Assembly (NCBI RefSeq): GCF_021869535.1
Contig: NW_026262679.1
Location: forward strand, 55,180,001 to 55,244,000
DNA length: 64,000 nucleotides
DNA from: Mytilus californianus
Taxonomy: Eukaryota
Direction of reading: 5' to 3'
This document shows, one piece after another, positions 37,031-49,725 of the stretch. Each line of letters begins with the position of its first letter. Position 1 is the first letter of the stretch. Both the position numbers and the translations under genes were made by a program. The notes beneath the pieces are model-generated. The model did not search any database. It had not been told where the DNA came from and saw only the letters and a list, made by a program, of their open reading frames with translations.

Positions 37031-38577
37031 AGTAAGAGTATAAATGTCGAAGTAATGTATTCATAAACCGATTTTATTTCCCCTGTATCTTGAATAACCT
37101 TTGTTAAGTCGACCAAAACAAAATTCAATATTTTAAAACAAAATTCGAATACTTACACAATTATGCTATAAATTCAATAAAGGCTCTATATTAACTAATT
37201 GTTTCTATATTTGTAACAGAAACTACAGATCACATTAGCTCAGCATAATCCTACCTCTTGAATAAGTAATACATATTCCTGGTACATCTGTATGATTCTA
37301 CAAACAGTTTTTATAAAGAGTAACTACATGTTGACTTCAAATCTCTTAGTAGGTATTACAAGTTTTCATTTTTTTTGTGGAGGGGGGGGGGGGGGCAATT
37401 ATCTTTGCAAGAGTCAAGCACACATTATTTGTAAATTATAAATCTTTAGTCGCTAGGTACTTGAAAGTGCACGTAGAAAATTAACTAATAACCTATTTTG
37501 TACACGCCATTTAACGTCTGACTAAACAGGCAGATGATAAACTTACGTTTATTGGTCAACTAGTAAATTTAAAAAAAATTGTTATTCTGACAAAGAAAAC
37601 GCGCGTAAACTAACACTAGCATTTCGGAGAAGGAATACCAAAAACATGTCCACTCCGCGTTAACGTTGCATATAATATGAGTTATGCTTAGTTGTATCCA
37701 TTTGTTGTACAATCTTTGATTACGTCGTTATTTAAAACATTTCGAATGTTTTATATTACAGTTGAATGGCACAAGGTAAATGATAAATTTTAATGGACTC
37801 TTTATCTCGGCTGTATCATATACCACTTGAAATATATCTTTGTTTGTCTGGTGTTCAAACTTTCCACGGAGCAATATCTGTCAACCAATATCTGATCAAG
37901 TATGAACAATTTATAATTGTGCAAGCTGTACGTTAAGTTTTACATTCTAGATCATCAAATAATATATGAAACAACGAAGTATGTAGAATAGGATATGACA
38001 GTCCTTAAAAATTGTAAATAGGTTTTGTTTTATGTTTATTTAATTTCTTTAGTTTATTCTCCCCACTTTTGTTTATTTAAAATAGTAAGATATATGGTTA
38101 TTGAGAATTGTCAAAGATTTAATTTTAAGATGATCTGCTTATCGAATATCTGTCATTTATTACGCTTGAACCCTAAAACCTCTGAATTCAAATACGTAAA
38201 ATATTTAATAGCATCAAAATAAAAAGGAACTAGAAGAAGAATCAAAATTATCCGGGATTTTCCTTACAAGCGAAAGTAAAAACCCTCTTGGATGGCGATC
38301 ATATTTGACACTACGAAAAAAAAACCCCAAATTGCAAGAAACGGACAATGTTAAAGAGTCATCAGTGAAAGATTTCTACAAAGAGAACAGTTGATTGATT
38401 GATTGATTGATTTTCAACGCCAATCTCAGTATAACGACTTATTTTTGTCATTGATGTATAGGAAAGACGGGATGTAGTTTTTCTACTAGAACTGTTCGAC
38501 TATAGAAAACACGACTCTTAAACTAAACACATTCTGATGTAGTCACAATTTCAACTAGACAAAAATCTAAATTCTTT

Positions 38578-38840
38578 TATTGATTGATTGATTGGTGTTT
38601 AACACCACTTTCAACGCTATTGAGATATTTCGTGGCGGTCAGTTTTTATTTGTAGAGGAAGCTTGAGTGCCCAGAGAGAATCACCAACCTTTGGTAGGAA
38701 ATTAAAGCTGACAATCCTAGTGAATTAAGATTGGGGGCGAGCGCAACCTGCTACGAGCGGGATTTGAACTCACAATTTTGGTGTTGACGGACTATGAATA
38801 CAGTAGTTCGACTACTTAGACCTCTCGGCCACCGAATCCA
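38578..38840 (-). mobile_element. tRNA-derived SINE with V-domain-like block and (ATCA)n tail
   Basis: A box ggtggccgagaggtctaag, B box gagttcaaatccc, ggttggtgattctctctgggcactcaagcttcctc block. Confidence 0.8.
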
Positions 38841-39213
38841 CGAGACGGCACATACCGTTCAGTAAGGTTTTTAAAACCCATTAGAGTACTATAAAATATT
38901 ATCACACTATCAACCACATAACACCCAGAGTATTGTCCACTTATCAAAACAGTAGGCGTAACATGTTTAATCAAAGACACTGAACGCACAGATGGCTAAC
39001 GTAGACAATAAACACACACTATATTTACATAAAGAACTACTATTATAAAATTAAAACATGATCTATGAAAGGGAAATACAATACCGTTCTTCCCTTAGCA
39101 AGTAAGTAACGCATAGATGCCCGACAATAAATTCAAAATGGACTGAATTTTTAATCGTTTTATAATAAAAGTAAAGGTCAAAGATGCAAACAAACGAAAT
39201 TCAACATGAATAC

Positions 39214-39309
39214 AAAAACAATTTGAATGTGATATCAAAAGTACATTCGATTCTTTAAACCGGTTTAAAGAATCGAATGTACTTTTGATATCACATTCAA
39301 ATTGTTTTT
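39214..39309. repeat. Perfect 96-bp palindrome, 48-bp arms, no spacer
   Basis: Centre ...ttctttaaacc|ggtttaaagaa... at 39261/39262; checked base by base. Confidence 0.97.
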
Positions 39310-39954
39310 TTGTAAGTACTTTTGTTTTGTTTTCAGATTTTATTCCTGTTATTGTTTTTCTCACTCTGTGTGGAATATTAATTACTCTATTTTAAGCTAC
39401 CAAATTTCCTGCAAACAACCAATCAATTATTGTTTTTATAGCTGAAGGCTGAAAGTTTTATTGTTTGTACAAGTGTACGAATGTATATTAACAATCCAGC
39501 TTACAAAAATTCCGAGGATGTAATAATACTACCTCTCTTATATTAGACCATGCTATCGTTGATATTGTTACGTGATAACTTGCAAGATAGCTACCCATAT
39601 TTCAATTAAACCTCTGACTAAGTAGATCAATCTTTTTGAGTACTTCTACATGCCGATTGTTTAACGACAAGAGGCAAATACACATTTGAGATCTTTGGTT
39701 TCACAATGCAAGGGATACAAATACCCTATACCACAGACAATAACGCATAGAATGAAATGTATCGGTTATTTTACGAAATCAGTTTTAACTTATAGGAAAT
39801 AATCGATTTGAAAATTCCGAAATGGCACATACTTAAATGTTCGAATAGGTAAGCTTCCCATACATATATTGTATGTCCTTATTCATTTTGACAAATTTGA
39901 GCTATTATTTTCGACACAGTTTTGTTAATATAGTTTCTCCCTACAAATATCTAT

Positions 39955-40030
39955 CGATATGTGGCATTCCGAAGTTTGGCTCTGAACGTTCTTGAAAAAG
40001 GTAAAAGCAGAAAAGGACATCGGACGAAGC
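39955..40030 (+). repeat. Highly decayed F3 motif
   Basis: gaacgttc-ttgaaaa-aggtaaaagca-gaaa-aggacatc-ggacg. Confidence 0.5.
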
Positions 40031-40759
40031 TATTTCTGTGTCTCTCAGTTTGTTATATCACCGATTGATGCGTATGTTTGTTTTTTTGTCGTATTTGTTG
40101 GGTTTTTTTCCCATTGTGTTAATAGTTTATCTTATGAGTTTGAATCTGAGTTGAACCCTCTCCCTAATCTTGGACAATGTTTTAAAAGCACAACATAAGA
40201 ACAAACTGTAAAAATCAGTTGAAAAGGGCTTAACTCATCTGATCGATACACATCGCAATGACAAAAACACAAAAGGACACAAAGTACAATAAAGAGAACA
40301 CTAAGTTATTGAAAGCTTGTTCAAAGCCAATAACAGCTAATATAAAAATCATGTATTTAAGACTTAAATAGCAATCAATAGACATCCAACTTCCAATGGA
40401 TTTAGAAGCAAGGCGTCATTATGTGTTTGGATATTTTAAGTGGAAATCTGTGAAAATTACTCCATTTGCCTAATTCGCTTATGAGATAGATTACCCGATT
40501 GCTTAGCCAACCTCAAAGTTGAAAAGACATCTATACCGTAATAACTGATCTAAGATCGTTTTAAAAAAATAGCGCCGAATTTTACAAGTCAATGGAGTAT
40601 TCGAACAATGCTGACAGAAGAATGCCACAAAAGGGATCGCGATACCTTTTCAATCTACCAAACGTAAAAGATATAGAGTAACAACTGTTTTCTATAATAC
40701 GTTACTGGTTATTTATTCTAATATCAATACTAGATGTTTGATAAACTTTTTGATATAAC

Positions 40760-40975
40760 AGAACTATAACAAATGTCATACAAGTAGGAGGTTAAGCTTG
40801 CTATAAACCAGGTTTAACCACCATTTTTTATTGAAAAATGCCTGTACCAAGTCAGCAATATGGCAGCTGGTTTTCATTTGTTCATTTGATTGGTAGCATT
40901 TGATTTTGTCTGTTTTTATGAACTCTCCCTTTTTGAATTTGTCTTGGAGTTCGGTATTTTTATCATACTTTTTAA
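40760..40975 (+). mobile_element. Family B 3'-end fragment inserted after the duplication
   Basis: Absent from the paralog at ~42615; acttttt on both flanks (possible TSD). Confidence 0.75.
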
Positions 40976-42024
40976 ATGTCAATAAACTTTGTTAAGCTCT
41001 TCATCGCCCGAAATCTCAAACAACTGTAAATAAATTTAACGCAGACAAGACATTATATTGACCTCTAGAATTCTTTTTATTGTTATAGTGAGGAAATAAG
41101 AGGCTGATTGCTGTCTTTACATTTTTTTAAAATGTATTAATAAATCTATTTTTCATCGTGATTTTAGATTTAGAAAGCTATTGTTTAATTGTACTGTATT
41201 GATTGTGAAACAAAAAATATTTTCATTTATGATCTACACATCTTCAGGTTATATCTAAAACATTCTCAGATTGTTTTTGGTTTTTTTTGTGTTTTTTTTT
41301 TTGTGTATTGTCCTTTGACGTTTAGCATTGGATTGATTTTCGTAACTGTAAACAAATCCTCCCTCAAATTGCTAAAATGTGTTCCAATTGAAATATTTAC
41401 ATCTTGGTAGTATTTTCAAAAAAAGCAATACGTGGATTTTCTAATATATCAAAATGGTTTTTAACATTTCTTTGTATGTCCAATTGATTAAATATCTGTT
41501 TCTAACACTGGAAAATCACAATGCTTTAAACCAATATTTTTACAACGTTTTATTACGCACGATTTTTTTTATTAATGATTTCCGTCATTTTCATAGCTTA
41601 ATTTATTTTGTTTTGTTTAAAAGATGCGAAGGGAAAAGCGGATACAATTCAAAAACAATTAATTTCTAATGATATTACTAGCAGACAAATCATTCGATGA
41701 TGAGATTTATTGAGTTTGACTTGTGAATGTCTCTGAACCAGTATTTGTCTGGCGTTTATCAAAACCAAACTGACAAATATCTGAATAAAATTATTGAAAA
41801 CAATGTCAAGTAACCAGATACATAGTATTTGTCCGTTGACCGAGTGGTCTATCACCATTGTAGAGAGTTGTAACATGGTTGAATGAATAAAAAATCAAGT
41901 CAACGTGTAATTGTAGGCTATAACGTTTGTTGGTTACTTATCCAAATTCGATATTTGCCGACGGACACTCATGCCCTCTCCACCACTACAACTGACCACA
42001 AAAACTATATACTGGCGTGTACAA

Positions 42025-42135
42025 AGTAAAATAACATAAATACCGAACTCCAAGGAAAATTCAAAACGGAAAATCCTTTATAAAATGGCAAAATAAAAAG
42101 GTCAAACTCATCAAACGAATGGAACGGGTTATAAC
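42025..42135 (-). mobile_element. Family B 3'-end fragment at the duplication junction
   Basis: taccgaactccaaggaaaattcaaaacggaaa. Confidence 0.75.
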
Positions 42136-43148
42136 TTGTTTTGCACGCACTAATCACACGATTATGTCTACTCAGTAAATTTGTCAAGTTTGGAATCAAC
42201 AACACGTCGTATACATGAATATCAAATATAACAGGTAATGTCACCTCCACATCATTTTTCAACTAGGTCAGTATGTCACAATAAAATATTGGGATATTTT
42301 GAAGTGTAAGTCTGTGAAAATAACTCCTAATTCCCTTGTTCAAAAGACTATGCGAATGCTTAGCCAACCTCTGCGTTGAAAAGACTACTCTACCCGATTC
42401 GGAACTGATGCTTAATTAAAATCGTTTTATTCAAATAATATCGAATTTTGCAAGTAAATGGTGTGTTGGTACACAATGCTGACTGAAGAATACTACAAAA
42501 GGAACCGCGATACCTTTGCAGTCTACCAAAAATAAAAGAGTTAAAGCAAAAACAGTTATCCATAATACGTTACTGGTTACTTTTTTCATATGAATAATAG
42601 ATGTTTGATAAACCTTTTAATGTCAATATACTTTGATAAACTCTTAATCGCCCAGCTGTGAATAAATTTAACGCAGACAAAACATTATATTGACTTCTAG
42701 TAAAGAAATAAGATGCTGTCACTTCAAGGTTTTTCTGATTTTGTATTTCTATGGTCCTTTGACGTTTGCCAATATATTGATAACTGTTAACAAATCATCT
42801 CTCAGATGGCTACAATTTGTCCCAATTGAAATACTTACATCTTGATAGTACTTTCAAAAGGGGCATAACGGCAAATTTTTAATATACATGATATATCAAA
42901 ATAGCTTTAATAATTTCTTTTTATGTCCAATTAAGTAAATATTTTTAAATCTAACACTGGAAAAAACTTTAATGCTTAAATCAAATATATTTCCAACGTT
43001 TTATTACGCACTATATTTTTTCTCCGTCATTTCATAGCTTAAATCATTGTTTTTATTACAAAGATGACAATTAAAAAACGGATACAAATCAAAACAATTA
43101 ATTTCCAAGGAATCACTATAAGAGAAATCCTACGTTGATGAGATTTAC

Positions 43149-43500
43149 TGAGTATGACTTATAATTGTCCTTAGACCTGTATTATTCTTGCGTATATCAA
43201 AGTTAAACTTATTGAGTATGACTTATAATTGTCCTTAGACCTGTATTGTTCTTGCGTATATCAAACTTAAACGTATTGAGTATGACTTATAATTGTCCTT
43301 AGACTAAAGGTCTTTTGTCATCTTTGTAATAAAAACAATGATTTAAGCTATCAAATGACGGAGAAAAAATATAGTGCGTAATAAAACGTTGGAAATATAT
43401 TTGCAAATGGTTCTTGCGTATATCAAAATTAAACTTATTGAGTAGGACTTTAAAAAATGTCCTGAGATCTGTATTATTCTTGCGTCTATTAAAATTAAAC
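43149..43500. repeat. 64-bp tandem array interrupted by an inverted 89-bp insertion (43315-43403)
   Basis: tgagtatgactt at 43149, 43213 and 43277; further units after 43411. Confidence 0.9.
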
Positions 43501-44104
43501 TAACAAAAATATCTTATCAAAAGTATTGAACGCAATTTCACGTGACCATGGTGACCAGATGCATGAGTATTTTTCTGATGAGCTATAGGGGCCTTGGTGG
43601 CAAAGTGGGCTCGGAAGCTGGATTAGTTGTACATACTACTGTAACATATTACCATTGCAGTGAGTTTAAACCCGATTTAGTGAATACATATTAGTCAAAT
43701 TGCAAATGTAGGCTTTAACATTTGTCGGTTACATACCCAAGATCGATAATTCATTACGGGCACTCATGCCCTCTCCGCCCCTACAACTGACCACAAACAT
43801 ATTATACTGACGTGTACAAAATTGCTTTGTACTACAACATTCAATTTTTATGAAAAAAATATGATCACAGATGTATATCTCATACCTATAAACAGTAGCT
43901 CGGTACATCTGATAGTAATATTATGCGGTTTGGGGATGGTTTCGACCTTTAACTACGGTTACAGTTTTATTGCCTCAGTGAGTAAGACTTAAAATGTGTT
44001 GAATTTAAAAAAAAAAAGAACTATCGGAAAACATCCCTATAACCAATTTGATTCCTGGGAAATGAATATGTCTGCATGATTCCTAGAACTTAGAATGAAT
44101 ACAT

Positions 44105-44305
44105 TTTGTACATAAATCAGACCGTTGGTTTTCTCGTTTGAATTGTTTTACATTTCATTTCGGGGCCATTTGTAGCTTACTATACGGTATGAGTTTTGCT
44201 CATGGTTGAATGTCGTACGGTGACCTTTAGTTGTTAACTTCTACATCATTTGGTATCTGGTTGATAGTTGTCTCATTGGCAATCAAACCACATCTTTTGA
44301 TTTTT
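44105..44305 (+). mobile_element. Non-autonomous repeat with ttgtctcattggcaatcaaaccacatctt tail
   Basis: Direct motif match to the other copies. Confidence 0.7.
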
Positions 44306-46354
44306 GTATGCAACCTTTTGTCTGAAATCTTTTATTCAATGTTCACTTAAACACTCTTAATTCTAAAGTAGAATGTTGCAAATTAATTAACATATTTGTG
44401 TGGGTTGTCAATATCATTTCAAAGAAATTATCTTTAGCGTTTGTTATGACACACACTGATGTATTATTAAGAATTAATACATTAAATACTTGAAACACGT
44501 GTACCTATCAATGATACAACCATATATGCATGCATGGATATCTATCAAAGCAATGGATTTTTAATGTTTAGCTACATGTAACAGTACGTCATTTTTCAAA
44601 ATATTAAGGACGGGATTGTGATAATGAACTATTTTAATGAATAGAATTGAATATCCTAGAGTTACATTATGTATGAATGTATGCTAGTATATACATCATG
44701 TGCTTTGTATATTTCATATTAATACATTTGTATATAGTGTATTTACTTTATATAATTTGTGTGAGGGCAAAATGGAAGATAAGCTTTATGCTAACTGTGT
44801 TACCCTCTAAAAATAAACTCATTACTCACTTACCTACTAGGTATTGAAACAAATCCGGCTCGAGTCCATGCCTTTCACGCTTATCGAGTTTTATATTTGA
44901 AGTGATGAATCTAAGTTTTCCGATAGTTAACAGAAAATAATTTGCCTATAGTTTTGTATTACACAACACTGACCTTAATTATTTGGAATTTATTTTTTCG
45001 TTGTATGTTTTATCATATTTCAGGGTCCTGTTAGTCATTGTTTGATTTTGAAATAAAAGCTGAAAGGGAGAAGAAAGATACCAAAGTAATATTCAAACTC
45101 ACAAGTCGAAAACAAACTGACAATGCCATTGCAAAAAAAGTGAAAGTGTTGTTGTTGTAAAAAATACTGTAGAAAGATATATATGTTTATGAAAAACAAA
45201 AGTGATTTGACATATTTCCGATTCCTTAAAAATAGAATACGGAACATCTATGTGGTGGAAATGTTAACTGTTTTCAAATCATTCTACGGTTTTATCGTTG
45301 TCCGAATTTCTAAATCTGATAGTTGTATTAATATTTTTAAAAACTTTGAAGAAACAAAAATCTAGGTCACTGATGGATATGCAATGTTACATGCAAGTTC
45401 TATCATTGTACAGTAGGAAGGGATTTTTAAAAAAGAGAATAGATGAATGAAACGTTCATCAATTTCCTTTTGCTTTTTTAATTTGATTTGTTTGTATGTT
45501 CACAAGCACATTTTTTTTATATATTCAAATGAAAACAATGCATTGATAAGATAAGAGATGAAATCAATTGTCATTGCAGATTGTTTTCAATGATTTTTGT
45601 TAAAAAAAAAAACCAAACACACACTCTCCTCTTTCCTTAACAATGAAGAGTTACCATGCTTTATGACGTCTTTAAATTCAATCTGTTAGCTGTACATTTT
45701 CATTGATAGATATCTTAATCTGGGAAAACATATGACATATTTTTATAAGTTGAAATTAGCTTTGAACCAGCTATCAGTTACTTTGAGTACTGTTAGTTTG
45801 GTACCTCGTGGGTTTTTTTTTTTATTATTATTATTTTGTGAGGTTTCTTGTGTCGATATAACGAGTTCAGCATTTTCATACAGAATGTTATAGTTTGTTT
45901 TTATGGTGTGCTATTGATATATTGTCAGGAGTTAAGGAAGGTTTGAGCGCTTACACACATATTCTTAACGTGCATGTCCTAAGTCAGAAGCTTATAAGCA
46001 TAGGCTCAGTGGTTGTGGTTGGTTAGTATCTGTCATATTTAGCTTAAATCAAGCAGTTTGTTTTCCATTTTGAATTGTTTCGCATTTGTCATGCTGGTGC
46101 TTTTTTTTTTAGTAGCTTACTGTACGGTATTGGTTCTGGATTTATTTTCAATTTCTCCATTTGAAGGCTCATATAATGGCTCTTATCTTAAATCCTATAT
46201 GATAGTGTGTATTTTCATGGAATAGTCGTCGTCTAGTAAGATTGATAGAACAGAGCCCGTGCTTTTGTAACAGAGTCTTACTGACGGCAATAATGTGACG
46301 CTTCTCTGCATTTAACCGGATATAAAAGTATGTTCATCTGCATGTATAAATTAA

Positions 46355-46690
46355 AGAAATGCGGTATGATTGCAATGAGACAACTGAAAAAACATAAATA
46401 AAAACCACAGTCCATCAAGTCCAAAATGAAGCGAGTTTAAGCAATTCTATGTCACCTTGATTCCTTCAATAATGAGCAAAACCAATACCGTGTAGTCAGC
46501 TATAAATGTTCCGACACGACACTATGTAAAACAATTCAATCCAGAAAAAAATCGACCCATGACGAAACAATAAACGAAAGCTAAATATGCCAGACACCTA
46601 CCATCGACAACCACCGAGTTACAGGTTCCTGACTTGGGACAGGCACATAATGAATGTGGCGAGATTAAATATGTTTGTGAGCGCCTCACC
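46355..46690 (-). mobile_element. Non-autonomous repeat of the same tail family
   Basis: gcggtatgattgcaatgagacaact end; ttcctgacttgggacaggc block as in 3400-3415. Confidence 0.7.
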
Positions 46691-46949
46691 GTAAAGAAAG
46701 TCAGTAACGTTAAGTTCCTCTGCGTATCAATTAATGTTTGAAAGCGGCTTAATTGCTAAACATGATTATTCACCCGTGTTTAAAAGTTACAGAAAAGAAA
46801 TTAACGACGATAATGTTAATAAAGTTATATTTCCTATTCCATTTTTAATCAGTAAGTGGAGTTTCAAAAATATAATTTATGTAAAAACTCGTTTATTCCT
46901 CGAGTTTTGTGGATGTAAAATTATATTTAAATGGCTCACAACAAGAAAA

Positions 46950-47855
46950 CTATATAGTGTTTATCAAATTCGTTGGCACTTACCTGACAGTTAACGGCAA
47001 TATTTGGTGTACCAGAATACACAATGATTATGCAATATAAACAATGTTAGTATTGTTTACGCTCGATTATTTTCGTTAATGATTTCCTGCATTGGATATT
47101 TTGCAGGTTCAAACTAGCTCACAAGCCCACGCTTTCGAGGTAATTGATATTGCCATTCTTACATGCACCAGAATTAAATGATGAAGATACTGATAATTGA
47201 ATGTAATGACCCATCATATGTTTTTACGTTTTTACATTTTTAATTGTTATGATGGTGCCAAGACAAGTATGAAACTCGCTAATTGGGATATCAAAAGTTA
47301 ATATGTTCATCTTTAAATCCATTTCCCGGAACGTCCTTGGTCATAAATAAATATGGTTTGGAGAAAACATATTAACAAGGCGTGATACCACTCAAATCTT
47401 TCTAGTCGGAAAGAGGGTCACAAGGGTCTTGTTCTTACTCTAAGAGAAGAGTTTTCGACTCGAATGTGAGTAAGGCATTAATAAAATAGTATTTGACTGC
47501 ATGTGCAAAACAATCACAATTTAGTTTCAATAACCCTTTAAACATGTTGAATTGCCACACACATATTCTCTATTTCTATAATTAAGGATTAATAATTAAT
47601 CAGGAAAAGCCTACGTATAAACTATTTTACTATCTTGAGTGAATTGTATACAAATATCTCATAAGTCCAATAAAAATCAACATTCAGCGCAGTAAAAAAA
47701 AACATCTCCTGATATTAATTGTCAAACGAAGTGACTCTCAGGTATATCGATAGAGTGATCACATCCGGTTGTGAATAAGTTAAAAGTTCATGCGTTAAGA
47801 AACTTTTGCGATGATTTTATGTTAGCAAAATTTCCGGTAGGGATACGTTTTGCCA
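46950..47855. repeat. Old dispersed duplication, copy B
   Basis: Shares the anchors listed for 35590-37030. Confidence 0.7.
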
Positions 47856-49559
47856 AAAAATAAAATTCGCAGTTTAAATTGTAATTATATTATTTGTATT
47901 TAGTATTACCTGAAATCTGATAATGACTATCGTATTTCGTCCATTTATTCTGACATTTCGGTAGTAAGGAACATGACAAAACCATTTACGTCATATATGA
48001 TAAAATGAACATCAGAGGCTTATGACAGATTTAAAAGTAATAAGTGAGTTGAGAAATTGAGGCATAGTAATGATGAATCAATTCATTATTTTGACCTCCA
48101 AACGTATAAACTTAGCATTCATTTTGTCAGATTTTTGTAAAGTATGTAAAATCTACGACTGTTAGTGAAACCTGCATTAATATAGCAAGGCTTAGAACAC
48201 CATGTTAAAGATATAACGTGAAATACTGGGACATAAAGCTTGTAACTTCTCAAAAATCAAAAGAAGATAAAGGAAAACTATAATTGTGGCATTTGTCATA
48301 TATTTATTCTTATTTTCAGTTTTTCGTTTCATCAATTTTATAAAATGTTTAGGTTTAACCGAACGTGCATGTACACCTTCCAGAAATCGACTTCAAGAAA
48401 ATTTGAGCAACTGATGAGCGAAAATCTGAAAAGTCTTGATATCTGAGTGGTCGCATATACAAATCACAAACAGAAGCGAGAAGGTAAGTCTTATGATTTA
48501 GTCAACATATTTCGAAAATATCTTTATTTCCAGCTAGTTGGGTTTTCACTGTAATATTTCGTTGGTATGAACAGGAAAACATTGAATAAGGAAAACACAG
48601 AGATTAAAAGAAAAGAAAATCTTATTAAAAATATGCATTTTGTGTCATGGATTGATACGCCATATCCTTTATTTTTCTATTATAGAAAAATTAAATATAG
48701 AAGAGGGGAATAGCAGCAAGTGCCAGTGGAAAAACATAGTTTAATGAGAAGATGAGTACAGACAATAATGAGAACTAGCGGTGTTATGTGTCAAAAGTCG
48801 AACCTTTTAATATGGTTACAAACTTTTGCTAACTGTGATTAAAGACAAATCTTAGAAAAACGTTTTTAATAAATTTCGAACATTTCAAATTGGAGGTTAC
48901 CCGAGGCAATGCATACCATGATTAGATATCGCGTCGTATCATTGTGCAAATAGTAGAAAAATAATAAAATTGATTTATTCTGAACTCATTTTTGTTGAGA
49001 AACGTTCCTACGACAAAATCATATAACATTTCCTAAGTTATTGTAGTTAGGAGCTAAAATTTCAGAATAATTGAACGAAAACATGTTGAGTACTTTTAGA
49101 GGAAAATAAATTCAATGCGATTCTGACTTCTAGTGACGTAATTGTCATTTCCTCTTGAATTATGACTTTATAAGCGTGTATATAATATTTGGATATTGAA
49201 TAACATAAAACCTGATTTATTTACTTGCTAAACTTGGATTCAGTATCTGTTGTACTTTTAGATCCGTATTTTATTTCCCTTCTTATTTGTTTTGATGGGA
49301 ATTATAGGTTTGTTTACTTTTATGAACTATGAAGGTGAACTGTAAGTTCCTGTTAATTATATTTGCTGTGTAGTTTATGTAACCAGCGATGTTTACATAC
49401 AATTTTTTAAATTGTTAGTTATTTTGTTCATTTTAAAACAATTTTTAAGATATTTTCTTAACAATATTTAAATTACACGTGTCTTATTATAGACAGTTAA
49501 TTATGTATTTGGTTTTTTACTGAGGTTAAATATGAATGAACTGTTCTTGTTCTTGTTTG

Positions 49560-49725
49560 TGCTGTAACAACAATGTCCCAGGTTAGGGAAGGGTTGAGCG
49601 CTCACAACCATGTTAAACCCCGCCATGGCCGTACGGTTGCATAGAATTGCTTACATCCACTTCATTTGAACTTTGGTGGATAGTTGTCTCATTGAAAATC
49701 ACACCGCATCTCCTTATTTTCATAT
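49560..49725 (+). mobile_element. Internally deleted copy of the tail family
   Basis: gtcccaggttagggaagggttgagcgctcacaa ... ttgtctcattgaaaatcacaccgcatct. Confidence 0.6.

Larger units (their letters stand above)
40420..43820. repeat. Old tandem duplication of a ~1.6-1.9-kb unit (40420-42025 / 42290-43820)
   Basis: Anchors gcttagccaacctc, acaatgctgac.gaagaat, taatacgttactggtta, aaatttaacgcagacaa and cactcatgccctctcc..c.ctacaactgaccacaaa; both copies end in a decayed SINE. Confidence 0.85.

Noticed and set aside
40590-42535. Short paralogous ORFs MLTEECHKRDRDTFSIYQT / MLTEEYYKRNRDTFAVYQK and a 9-nt minus-strand micro-exon-like signal
   Set aside because: Similarity is explained by the duplication, differences are mostly non-synonymous, and the adjoining intron would be only ~35 nt.
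48400-48450. ctgatgagcgaaaatctgaaaagtc as a hammerhead
   Set aside because: Stems II and III cannot form.
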